Shown: one piece after another, positions 12,938 through 24,564 of the stretch | Numbering within the stretch: position 1 is the first letter of the stretch | Layout: every line of letters begins with the position of its first letter | NCBI GenBank assembly: GCA_009103225.1 | Contig: RHPI01003788.1 | Coordinates: forward strand, 273,582-337,581 | Reading direction: 5' to 3' | Length of the DNA: 64,000 bases | From: Chlorokybus atmophyticus | Taxonomy: Eukaryota > Plantae > Mesostigma and Chlorokybus algae | The notes under the pieces: generated by a model | Database searches by the model: none | Seen by the model: only the letters and a program-made list of their open reading frames with translations | What the model was told of the DNA's origin: nothing | Position numbers and translations under genes: made by a program

Positions 12938-13729
12938 TACAGTCTACCCTCGATATAATATACCCTCACATTAAGAGCATTTACGATATAAGAGCCAAAA
13001 GGCCTTTGCAATTTCGTACATGGGGCAAAACCACCTCCCAATAAGAGTAAGAGCACTCGATATAGGAGCGCTCTGGCCCTGTAGGCAACTCTCTTATTGA
13101 GAGGGATTAGGGTTAGGGTTAGGGGATTTTGCGCAGGGGGCGCAGGAGCAAGCGGCGGCGGAGGAGGAGGGGGGGGAGCAGGGAGGACGACAAAAAGAGG
13201 GCCAGGTGTGCCGTTGTTGTTGTTGTTGTTGTCCTCCTGCTTTGCCTGCTCCTCCGCCGCCGCTTGCCCCTGCATGCCGTCGTAATTGAACAACTTGAAC
13301 AGCTTGCAGGCTGCCGTCATTCAAGTTGTTTACGTTGCTGCTGAGCAGCAACGTGAACAACTTGAACAACTTGCAGGCTGCAAGTTGCTGCAAGTTGCTG
13401 TTGCTGTGATGGGTTGCGTTATAATAGTAGTTGTTGTTGTGTGCTGGGTTGTGTTGTTGCTGTTGGTGTAGTCGTCATTGTTGCTGTCGTTGTTGACACA
13501 CTCTGGCTATGTGCAGGTAATAACATGTGCATGCATGCATGTATGCTGCACGGGGTAAGGGCAGTAGTGAAGGTAGGTAGGTAGCGACTAGGTGAACAGC
13601 CCGGTGGTTGAATATGAGTGTTTGATGGTGTAGTGTGCTGACTGCCTGTGCATGTGTCACACTCTTATGCATGCCGCAATCCTTGCATATTTATTATACA
13701 CACACACACTCTCTCTGTTTTGTCACAGC

Positions 13730-15672
13730 ATGCCGTCCCCAAAGAAGCGCATGCGTCTAACTGATCTTGAAAAGAAGAAAATCTGCCAGCTGAGGGTCAA
13801 CTTTAAGTCCCTTACCCATGACCTCTTTGCGCTTGAAGTGAAGAAGCAGCTCAAGCTGACTGTCAAGCGACAGACATTATCAAAGATATTGCAATGTGAA
13901 GAGGATCTGTTGCAGTTAGATGATAGACAAGCAGCGCGGAAGTCCATTCGCTCTGCAAAATTTGAACAGATTGAGCAGGCTTTGGTGTCATGGTTCAAGA
14001 TTGTAAGTGTACTATTGTTGTTATGCCGTAGATGTGTGTTGTTGCCATGATTCATGCTGAGATTTTGTATGTGCATGACTGCATGTCAGGCCCGAGCTGC
14101 CAACCTGCCATTATCGGACGCGCTGCTACAACAACAAGCGCTCACTTTGGCTCAAGCCAAGGGCGTGCCCCCAGAAGAGTTCAAAGCGTCCAATGGCTGG
14201 CTGGAGAAATTCAAAAAAAGGTGAGTGCCGTAGAAGTGAAAGGTGTCTGTCTTGATTGTGTGCTGACGTGTGTGCGTGCATGTGTGTGTGTACTTGAGTT
14301 GGGCTGGTTGCTGCAGGGAAGGGATCGTGTGCAAAAAGGCACACGGTGAAAGTGCTGATGCTGACATAGTGGGTGTGGAGCTGGCACGGGAGTCTGTACC
14401 GCTTGTGCTGCACGAGTTGGGTGCAACTGTAGAGGACACCTTCAACATTGACGAAGGTGCGTTGTATACAAGGGCCGCACCCGACCGCACCTTGGCGTTT
14501 GCGAGCGAGCAGGTGCGAGGCTTGAAGAAGTCCAAAGAGCGAATCACCGTGTTGTTCGGGTCTAACGCCAACGGCTCCGAACGGCTCAAATTGCTGCTCA
14601 TCAACAAGAGCCTACGACCACATTGCTTTGGCAAAGGGTTTAGTCCTAATGATTTTGTGCATTGGTTCAGTAACAGGAAGGCATGGATGACCATGAAAAT
14701 TTTTGAGGGTTACATGCAAGATATGAATGCGAAGATGGCAATGTCTAATCGCCATATCATTATCCTTCTGGACAATGCTGCCTGTCACAATTTATCAAGT
14801 GAAGGTGCATTGACTTGTATGCTACAATCACATACTGTGCATGTGATTGGTCACTTAAGCATGTCTTGCCTTGCTTGGCAGGTGTCAGGCGGGAGAAGCT
14901 ACACGGGCTTGAGCTGCAACGGATGTCACACATCACCCTTGTGTTCCTACCTCCCAACACCACATCGCAGGTGCAGCCCATGGATCAGGGCATCATCGCC
15001 GCTTTCAAGATGCGGTACAAGAAGCAGCTTGTGTCGTGGCTGCTCGCTGTCCTGGAGTTCAACCCGGGGACTGACCTGAAGGATGTCAAGCCATCCATCA
15101 AGCAAGCGGTGTTGTGGTCATCAGCTGTTTGGGAGGAGATGGACGCATCTATCTTCAAGAACTGCTTTGCTAAAGCTAACTTATGGCCATCAGATTGGTA
15201 TCCCGCCACTCGCAGCGTTGATGAGAGTGTGGCACGAGCTGCCACAGCGATGCAGAAGACCGCAGATGCTGACTGCACAGAGTTGGATGAGCTGATTGGC
15301 AAGTTGGGTATCAATGATGCGCTCTCCGCGGCTGAGTACATCAACATGCCAGGTGAACAGCTTATAGAGGCTGAGTTAACCCCTGACGAGTTGTTGGACA
15401 TGCATGAGCCCGTGACGGCTGATGTGGATGTTGCCCCCAACATGATTGCTGATGGGGACATTGACATTGACGACATCACACCGGAGCCTGTTGCTATTGC
15501 CACTGCAATGGAGTGCGCGGAGAAGTTGGGTGTGTTTACGGCGGATAACTTGGAGGTTTACAGTGCAAGCGACATTGCATGGCTTGAGCGCTTTAAGAAA
15601 AAGGCTATGAGGATGGTAGTGGCAAATGTTACCCGCATGCAGCAGAGTGACATTCGTACCTTTTACGCATAG
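13730..15672 (+). CDS. pogo-family transposase, 4 exons, 560 aa, no disabling lesion seen
   Basis: Exons 13730-14002, 14090-14220, 14317-14804 and 14882-15672 (1683 nt, all GT-AG, phases compatible). Two CENP-B-type HTHs (MPSPKKRMRLTDLEKKKIC; FKASNGWLEKFKKR) and catalytic motifs NIDE, LDNA, QPMDQGII. Confidence 0.93.
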
Positions 15673-16199
15673 ACGCACATGTTGTATACTTGCTTCTTAC
15701 ATGCTGTGCATGTACACATCAAGGCAACTGCAGCTAGGCAAGCATCTACTTGACATGATATGCCTCACTGCAATTGCACCCACACTTACACGCACACACT
15801 CACGCACACGCACACACCCACACTCACACGCACACCTACACACAGTCACACTGACACATAATCCAGCACACGCGTTGGTTGACTGGCCAGCATAAATGAC
15901 GGGGTGGTAGAAGTAGTGGTGCTAGGTGTAGACTTAGGTGGAGGTAATGAAGTAGCCCGGTGTGGATGGTTGAACTAAGCGACGCCGTTGGCTATGCGTG
16001 TCGGATGCATGTTATGCATGTTGTGTGTGTGTGCATGCTGTGCCTGCTGGGTATAAGATACGGATTTATGTGCACTCGCACACACTCACACTCACACATG
16101 AACACAGTTACACGCACGCACATTCCCATACACAAACACGCACATCATCACAGCACACTGACACTCGCATGCACACGCACACACACGCCCACACTGATG

Positions 16200-16389
16200 A
16201 TGCACCGCTGCTACCTCTTTACAAGAGCCATTGCTCCTAATTCGAGGTTACCTCATAATAAGAGCTGTGGCTCTTATTGCAAGGTTCCCTCTCTACAAGA
16301 GCACATGCTCTTATTTCGAGGTAAGAGCACCTCAATATAAGAGCCAAAAGGGCTCGCATAAACGTGGCTCTTATATCGAGGGTAGACTG
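16200..16389. repeat. Subterminal array of TIR-internal motif (CCTC-N5/6-AAGAGC), about 7 copies in both orientations
   Basis: Examples: CCTCTTTACAAGAGC, CCTCATAATAAGAGC, CCTCAATATAAGAGC, GCTCTTATTTCGAGG. A similar array lies at 12945-13100. Likely transposase-binding sites (inference). Confidence 0.8.
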
Positions 16390-16544
16390 TATATGGTGTC
16401 GCGAGGCGTACGGCGAGCTCACCGCCACCACCTTGAAGAACTGCTGGAATAAGAGTGGCGTCACTCCTGCACTCTTGGCACGCGCCCAGCCCTGACGGCG
16501 ACGCATGCGAGCAGGCTGTTATGCAAAAGATTGGCGGCAACATG

Positions 16545-16880
16545 TACACACGGAATTTTTTTCACGGACCAGCCCTGGTCCGCACGTACGGACCAGGGCC
16601 AAAACGCCCGGGCGGCTTGGGGTCCGGACCAGGGTCGGCTGCCTTGGTCTGCACGCGGGGTCCGGACCAGGGCTGGTCCCAACAGTACGTAATTGTCCCA
16701 CGGTCCCCCAAAAAACCGAACCAAGGCTGGTCCCGGTCAGAACTGTTAGAGGTCGGACCGGTTATGGTCATGTGTAAGGACCATCAATGGTCCCTGTTCA
16801 TACAAGCATGCAAAGTAGCAGCCATGGCTGGTGCGCATCTATACCGGTAGATAGTCGAACCAGGTGTGGTCCGGTTGGCA
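16545..16880. repeat. GGACC/GGTCC palindrome cluster
   Basis: Perfect GGACCA-N4-TGGTCC at 16566, 16664 and 16778, plus variants. Confidence 0.85.
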
Positions 16881-17067
16881 GTGTTTACTATGCGTTATGG
16901 CCGGCTGTAGCCGGACCGACTTTATAAGCTGACCGGCAGCGGCTGAAATTGCTGTAATTTAACTGTGCGCTGGCGGCTGACTGCAGTCAGCCGCAGCTGC
17001 AATTGAGCCGCCGCTGACCGCAGTTGGGCCGCCGCTGCTGGTGGCCTGCACACCGCCTGACATTTTT

Positions 17068-17585
17068 GGACCATGAATGGTCCGTACCCTTAGACCGGGA
17101 TTTCCCCCTGCTACATGAAATTGGTGGAGCTTGCATGGTCTGTTTTTAATCGACAGTTGGACCATTGTCACGTGATTGGTACCCTTGTCTCTTGGTACGA
17201 ATCACTCAAGGTCCGGCCGATTACTGTTGCGTCAGGACCAGGTATGGTCCGGCCATCGAACCAGGGATTAATTCATGTCTTTACAATACTTCAATCATAA
17301 CTGGTCCGGCCAGCGGACCATGGACCGAATTTTATGGAACAATGTAAATATGAGTGCAAATGCAGTAAAAGTTGAGACATCTTTGCCGGCGGCACCGGCC
17401 ACGCCCAACCTGCGGCGCACGAGGCCGCGGCCAGCTCCGCGGCGTTAGTGGAATCATTAGTCAAGAACGCACGCATCGGCCGGATTCGAACCCAGTACCT
17501 TTAGCATATCAAAGACGACGCCCTTACCACTAAGCTGCAAGTGCATGTACCTATAGGATCGCATGGCAACCTATATCATATGGTG
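17068..17585. repeat. GGACC-rich interspersed repeat, copy 2
   Basis: Direct-orientation homologue of 12411-12937. Confidence 0.92.
17473..17545 (-). pseudogene. tRNA-derived sequence with A/B boxes (copy 2)
   Basis: CAGCTTAGTGG ... GGTTCGAATCC on the minus strand; same degenerate stems as copy 1. Confidence 0.72.
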
Positions 17586-18409
17586 TTTTGCATGCGCCGC
17601 TTGGCGACTGTCGGCCTGCGGCAGTAATTGCCGATGGACAGTCGGAGATTGTCACTTTGATAGGCCCATAGGCTGAGCCCATGCAACTGTAGCATTCATA
17701 GGCTGTACCACTTACATGGACGGTGGTAAACTACATACCGGTAGCCGCGAACTCGGCGGTTGTCAATACGCCAGTACAATTTGTAGACTTGTTAGGGGCT
17801 GTCATTGTGACAATGCTTAGTGATAGTAGCCAAATTGCGACTGTCAATGCAGCCAGTGTACCTTATCGGGCTGTCGATGATTCTGTGGTCGCATGAGGCT
17901 TTTATAGGCCATTGATGAGGTTATACAAGTAAGGCTATAGGTCATAACATCTGACATTGCTTGCGCTTTCGTTTCATATAAATCATCAAAATTAAATATA
18001 CTATAAACTACGCTTAACAATGCAACATACGAACAGCATCAACATATGTATTCATGGTATGATATTAACGGTTGTGAACATTATAATAATGTCATAACCA
18101 ACGAACTATATATAATGTAATAATTTTACATCCATGCGCTACGCATGGATGTAAAATTGGTATCATTATTAACACTACTATTATTATAGATAATTATAAT
18201 ACTTTTTATATTCATGTTGTTATACATTACTTTAGACGTATACAATTTTGCATATAAAAGGTCAAAATGCACATGTGTACGCGCATCAATATACTTACAA
18301 CAATGTATGTACATGAAATTATAGACATGAAGTAGCTGCACGGCTGCATATTGCGGCCGCAATATGTCGACAATTTTTGCTTGTAAATGCCTTAAGCCTA
18401 CACCTACAT

Positions 18410-18560
18410 GCACACACACACACATATGTGTATATATACATCTGTATATCTGTATATATGCATATATACATATATACATATATATATGTGTATATATACA
18501 CATATATTTATATATACACATATCCATATATACATATGGCCTATATATGTATATATAGGC
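18410..18560. repeat. (TA)/(TATACA)-type compound microsatellite
   Basis: Direct reading. Confidence 0.9.
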
Positions 18561-18827
18561 CACAAGTGGACAGCCGCAACTGGTCGGCGGCTGTCAAGTT
18601 AAAATGTACATGGACAGCCGGCTGTCAATATACATTGACAGCCGACCATTTGCGACTGTCCACTTTATGGTAAGCGGCGACAGTCGGTGCGGCCTGTTAT
18701 ATAAATGATGATACACATTATGTACAATCATACATGTACTAACGATACTGTAGTTATGGTACACGTGTAGCGCGCCCTGCAGGGGCCGCCAACCAGCAAC
18801 ATTGCTGGTCCATGCCGCCCCATACAT

Positions 18828-18954
18828 GGTGCGGCACGAAAATGTACGGTGCGCGGCTCTATGCTGGTTCTTGGATGCGGGCCCGCTCCTGGGTCCGCAT
18901 CCATGAACCAGCATAGAGTACTAATCCGTGCCGCACCATACAAGGTGCGGCACG
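18828..18954. repeat. Fold-back (27-bp inner stem plus 11-bp outer arms)
   Basis: 18858-18884 pairs with 18891-18917 (2 mismatches, 6-nt loop). GGTGCGGCACG at 18828 and 18944 both pair with 18927-18937. Confidence 0.9.
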
Positions 18955-19968
18955 GACCATGTGTGGTGCGCGACTGCGCGCCAGGTATTGGGGCCCCAAA
19001 AGAACCATGGACGGTCCGTCCCTCGCGGACCAGACACTCGTGGTCCGCGGGGACGGACCATGTATGGCCCGCGGGGTCCGTGGAAGGACCATGCATGCAC
19101 GTCAAGCCGTGTGCTGGCGGGCGACCTGGTGCTCCATACCAAGAGCACCAGGCCACGCCGCTGGCCTGGTTATGCTGGCCTGGTGGCGGCCAACATGCTC
19201 AGACCAGCGGCGTCACCAGGCCATAGCTGTGGCTGTCGCTGCAGCCGCCAACTACCAACAGGCCACACACACGTGCATGTCAGCCAGGCCAGCTGTTCAT
19301 GGCCTAGTGCCTCGCAAGCCCACAAGGCTAAGAAACAACGCCCCTCCCTCCCCTCCCCCTCCCCCCGCCCCAAAGCATGCAATGAGCTCACAGCCATGCC
19401 GCATGGCAGTGCCATCCAAGCAGCATACAAATGCAACAACCACAACCAACGGCATGCAGCAAATGGTGCAGCAAATGATAGTAGTAGTTCAACTGTAGAC
19501 TTAGGCTGTTAAGACGTTTACAACAGCTATGATAGCTTCAAGCCATTTGATCCAAGTACTGTCTACACAATCACTCAATGTAGTGGCTACAAGCACGCAG
19601 AAACAAGTTCAAACCTGCTGCTCCAGTATATTGCCCACCGCAGTCTCTCCTCCCCTTGAGTGATGCGACATGTTGGCGCCGCTGCCTGCACATAAGTGCC
19701 ACAGTTGTGGTGCGTTCATGCGTGTGCATGAGTGTGGCTTTGATTGTGTGGGCAATTGTAATTACTACTAAAAGTGATGTGTGGATGCGCATGCGTGTGT
19801 GTGGGTTGCTGTTCTTAGACAGGCAGGACATGAAAAACATGTGCACGTGCATGCACACATGCACACATAAGTAATGCTCACTGAGCTGACTGAGTCTTTG
19901 ACAACGCATGCACGAATGCACGCATGCACGCACACTCATGCGCATGCGCACACACGCACCCATCGTAC

Positions 19969-22613
19969 CTTAAGGTGGTGGATGGCGAGAGAGGTAGTGC
20001 TTACGAACAAAGCCGTGCACACCCTAAACTCTTATTATTTCTTTCCTCAACTGCGGGGGTTGCTGCTTGCCAGCTTGGGAGGCAGTCCGCGCTCCTGCAC
20101 GTGCGCGTGCGCACATATGTGCGCACATGCTTGCTTGCGTGCCAGTGTGCGCGTGTGTGCAAGGAAGAACAACTCACGACTCTGTTGTTCACGCATAGCA
20201 TATGCACTGAACTGTCGCATAGGCCGCCATGATCAGTGCCGCCTATGAGACTCTCATAGGCTGTACAGGCGGGCTCATAGACCGCACTGGCAAGTGCGGC
20301 CCATGAAACAGTGCCGCCTATATAAACTGTCTCGTATGCGGCGCTGGTATGTGAGAGAGAGAGAGAGAGCAAGAGAGAGAGAGAGGCTTACTTGTTGAGG
20401 CGATGAGCGTGCGTGCGTGCGTGGTTGTGCAAGAGCCTGCCTGTGTGTGTCCGCGTGTGCTTGCTTGCGCATGCATGTGCGTGTGGGCATTGGTCAATGC
20501 CATCCTCACTCCCACCCTTTCCAAGCTAAGCAGGCCTACCTGAAAGTTGAGCGGCAAGGTCTTCGCCAGAAATCCCTGTCTGTCATCCTCACCAGCATTG
20601 CCCAGCGGTTGTTGCCAGCCGCAGCGGCTTCTCTGCAAGCATGTAGGGCAAGTTAGTGGTCGCGGTATCATGCTCCTTGGCATGTCGTGGGATGCGCATT
20701 GTCTGCATGAAGGCCTGACAGAGGGGCGGGGGCAGTCTGCAAGCCTGCGCGTGTGCATGTGCGTGTGCACGTTGCACAAGAAGGAAGGAGACGGTGTGGG
20801 TGGGGGGGGGGCAGCTGTTTCAATGCATAGCGTACGTGCCGGACTGGCTCATAGGCCGCACTGGTCAGTGCGGTCTACGAGCCAGCCTACAGAAACTGTC
20901 TCATAGGCACTGAGCAGTGCCTATCATAGGCTGCGCTATTATAGCGTGTAGCCCAACAAATGTGTACACTCACGCACACACAATTGCGCACTCATGCGCC
21001 TGACCCACACACTCATTGCACATACGCACACTCGTGTGCACACACATCGCACCTTAATGATGGCGGAGGGCACGGAGCTGGGGCGAGTAGTGCCTGCTTA
21101 CGCAGAGCTGTGCACAGTGAGAATCTAGTCTTTGCGGTCTATGAGCCAGCGATACCCAATGAGCCAGCCTTATAGCCAACAAGTGTGTGTGCACGTGCAT
21201 ACGTGTGTGACAAAGAGTGCTTGCCTGTCTGGATATTGCGGTCTATGAACTGCATTTTGAGTGTGCGTGCAAATTTACACATGAGCAATGTCACAACACA
21301 CATGCACACACGCACAAGCGCTTGCACACCTTGAAGCTGGAGAGCACGGGCAACTGTATTCAGGTGGTGCTTGTATATGCAGAGCCGCGCAGCCCAAACT
21401 TCTCTCTCTTCTCAGCAGCGGGTGATTGCCAGCTTGGGCGGTCCGCGAACCTGCACGTGTGCGTGCACGTGAGCACATGAATGTGCGCGCGCATGCATGC
21501 ATATATGTGTGTGCGTGTGCGCATGTTCAACAAGCAAGGGGGTGGCGGGGGGGACACCTGCATGCATAGTGTTCGTGTACATGCAGAAGTGCTGCTCATA
21601 GGTCGCACTGTTTAGTGCAGCCTATCAGCCAGCCTACAGCGACTGGCTCACAGGCCGCACCGGATAGTGCGGCCTATGAGCAAGTTGCTTTAAGCCTGTG
21701 AACCCAATATTGACCGTGTGTCTACAAGAATATGTACGCGTGCCATGAAAGCACATCTGTACTTGCACGCGTGCGTAAGTGCATGCCCTTGCACGTGCAT
21801 ATGCGCATGCATATGCACGCACATATTCTTCTCCCCCCCCNNNNNNNNNNNNNNNNNNNNNNNNNNNNNNNNNNNNNNNNNNNNNNNNNNNNNNNNNNNN
21901 NNNNNNNNNNNNNNNNNNNNNNNNNNNNNNNNNNNNNNNNNNNNNNNNNNNNNNNNNNNNNNNNNNNNNNNNNNNNNCCCCCCCCTCTCGTCCTCTTCCC
22001 CTTCCCTCCCCTTATTATTCCGCTCACCTTGAGGTCGCAGGTACCTACTGCAGCGCCCCCTAGTTCTGCGCCCTGAGCAGAGCAGCAACAGTGACGCCCT
22101 GGGTCACATGTGCAGTGACTGTTCTAGACACATGTGCACGGTGGTATGTGCGAGCGGTGATGACGAAGGTGCACCGCACTTGTCTGCAAGCGCACGCACT
22201 GTGTGACACACATACACATACGCGCAAAGATATGCGCACGCACGCGCACTCTTGCAAGCATGTGGGTGTACCCCATGCACACGTACACACGTTCTCACCC
22301 TCACGGCACTTCAGAGCATGCATTGCGCAATGCATGCATAGCTGCCAGCTCAGCATCTACGGAGCAGCGGCTGCTTGATGGCGCCATCCACGCCTCCTCC
22401 GTCGGGCACCTTCCGGTTGGCAGCACTTGACTGGCCTGCACGAGCAAGTGAGCTTGCCATAGCAACCATGCGAAGTGCCTTTTTCTGAAACTGTTGCACA
22501 ATGCTGTGCAGTCTGTGGGCGTCTATGGGCTTCTGGACAGCCGCTCCATGGGTTTTAGAATCCACTGACCAGGCATCGCTGGCTCATAGGCACTGGTTAG
22601 TGCAGTCTATGAG
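19969..22613. repeat. Array of diverged exon-like units interleaved with CA-rich tracts and CTCATAGGCCGCACT-N4-AGTGCGGCCTATGAG palindromes
   Basis: Palindromes at 20218, 20274, 20848, 20900, 21595, 21647 and 22583. Related AG/GT-bounded minus-strand segments at 19969-20094, ~20538-20633 and 21330-21450. Confidence 0.75.
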
Positions 22614-24049
22614 CCCCCCTATCACTGTCTCGTATGTTGCACTAGTCGGCGCCGCCTATAAAACGGTGTAAAACTACAAGCTGATCATGACAGATGTTTG
22701 TACGTGCATGCGTGCATGAGACAAAGTAAGACAGAGCAAGAGAATGCATGCATCTACTCAGCAAGCTGCATGCTTGTGCAAGCATGCAATTGGCCGTGAC
22801 ACTGAACAAAGCTGACTAGCTCACAAGCTATACGCTTTGCACGCCTTGCCTACCAATAAGCAGAACCATGGTAGTCACATGCGATGATTGTGCGTACCAT
22901 GCTCTCAGCACTGCAACATCTGACAGAGGCAAGACAGATCACGTACCGCACTATCTAGCACAAAGCCATCAGCGATATACAAAGCAACGCAAGTGCAGCA
23001 ACAAGTTTGATAGACTGATGGTGCTATGGTGAGCTGAGCGAGCTATCGCTGCATAACACGCATGGGTTCGTAATGCCACATGACATGATCAGCGGTTTAA
23101 CGTGCGACAACAATGCTAGGAGCAATGATGCCTCGGAGCCTGCGGCTGTAGCTGCTGCAGCCGCCGACGCTGTAGCAACCCAGCTGTACGACAGCTGTAG
23201 CAGCTGCGGCGGCTGTTGCTATGGCGGCTGTTGTTGGACTTACTGTTGTGCAGGTACAGCAGCAGTATTCACAAGCACAACCACCATCATGTCTACGACA
23301 AGCATGTCTATGGCAACAACGACAATTGACAACGATAGTAGGAGCCGCTGCAACCGTGGCAGCTGCTGTTGTTACACTGGCGACCACGCAATTCAAGCTT
23401 ACAGCAAGCAAAGCAACGTTGCACCGAAAAGAACTAACACCAACACCTTTCCGTAGCCAGCCTACCTCCAGCACCGCCCCCTCCGGCGCTGCCTCCAGCG
23501 CTTGCAGCATAAGCAACGCAAGCAGTGCCTCAGTACGACCCAGCGACTAGGGTTTCAGCACGGGATAAGGACAGTGTCGTACATACCGCTCTGCTGACGT
23601 GTACGAAGTTGCATCCCGCTGTCACAGACAATGCGGTGCGTGCCAGGCCTGGTGCTCACTCTGTCTGCGTACGAACCGGACTTGGTTCTCGGAACCGAAA
23701 CATGTTCGTACCAGTGCTGCTTCGGTCGACAGGTCGCGCGGGGCGGGATCAGCCTTGGTTTCAACACTTCAACCGCGTGCTGCACCAGTGCTTCACTGGT
23801 TCATTGGCCGCGGGACATGCGACCGACCCTGGTTCGGTTCATCGGACCATACCGTCCGGCTCCAGGGCCGGACCACCAGTGGTCCGGTCACACCGGACCA
23901 GTCGCGGTACTGGTACGCTACAACGTACCAGACGCGGGCTGCGTACGACTGGTCCGCGCGTAAAAAGCCCTGTGGTAGCGTATCCCCATTCCACGCACAA
24001 AGATGCTGTCACCCGACAAGTTCGTACATGCGGATGACACCGTCCAAGA

Positions 24050-24564
24050 CCAAGGCTGGTCCTAGTGATGAGGACATTTTGTATAGCGTTAGGCTTTTTG
24101 AGCCTGCGGTTGAGGATGAGGCTGCTGAGGCTGATGGTGAGGACATGTAATGCATTGTGCACAAACATGCATGCGTGCATTTCTGTGACTGAAAGTTCAC
24201 ACAGAGGTGTTGTAGATGGATGCGAGGAGGTTGTGCCGCCGCGCGTAACGGTGGCGTTGTGCATGACGTTCTTCCATGGTGTGGAGGCGTTCATCGCTAC
24301 CAACGACTACCCCATTTCAGAACATTATTAGCTCACATTGCGTCAGCTGCGTAGTGTGGTCATCAAGCATCAGATATATAATGCCGGGCATAAAACTCGC
24401 ATCCAGGACTTTTTCACAGCGGGTGATACCGGGCATAAGGCTATAAGAGCTTAATTATGCTGTTGACGGTTAAAGAATACATATTTTCTTAAACACTAAG
24501 AATACCCCCATGACTGGAATGAAAAAGGTAGGGATAAACGTGATTCTTATCACGAGGAAGACTG
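24050..24564 (+). mobile_element. 3' remnant of a pogo-like element (transposase C-terminus and right TIR)
   Basis: PSDEDIL...PPRVTVALC...KTRIQDFF matches pogo C-termini. The end at 24564 reads (reverse complement) CAGTCTTCCTCGTGATAAGAATCACG followed by TA, similar to the left end of the 35240 MITE. Confidence 0.8.

Larger units (their letters stand above)
12940..16389 (+). mobile_element. Full-length pogo-like DNA transposon (3450 bp)
   Basis: Perfect 19-bp TIR CAGTCTACCCTCGATATAA at both ends, TA duplication (12938-39, 16390-91), multiple subterminal CCTC-N-AAGAGC copies, internal transposase gene. Confidence 0.97.

Noticed and set aside
22350-22565. QQFQKKALRMVAM resembling the pogo C-terminus RFKKKAMRMVV
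   Set aside because: Too short, with no flanking similarity or TIR.
20218-22613. CRISPR-like appearance (palindromic repeats)
   Set aside because: Eukaryotic context, spacing of hundreds of bp, diverged repeats and no cas genes.
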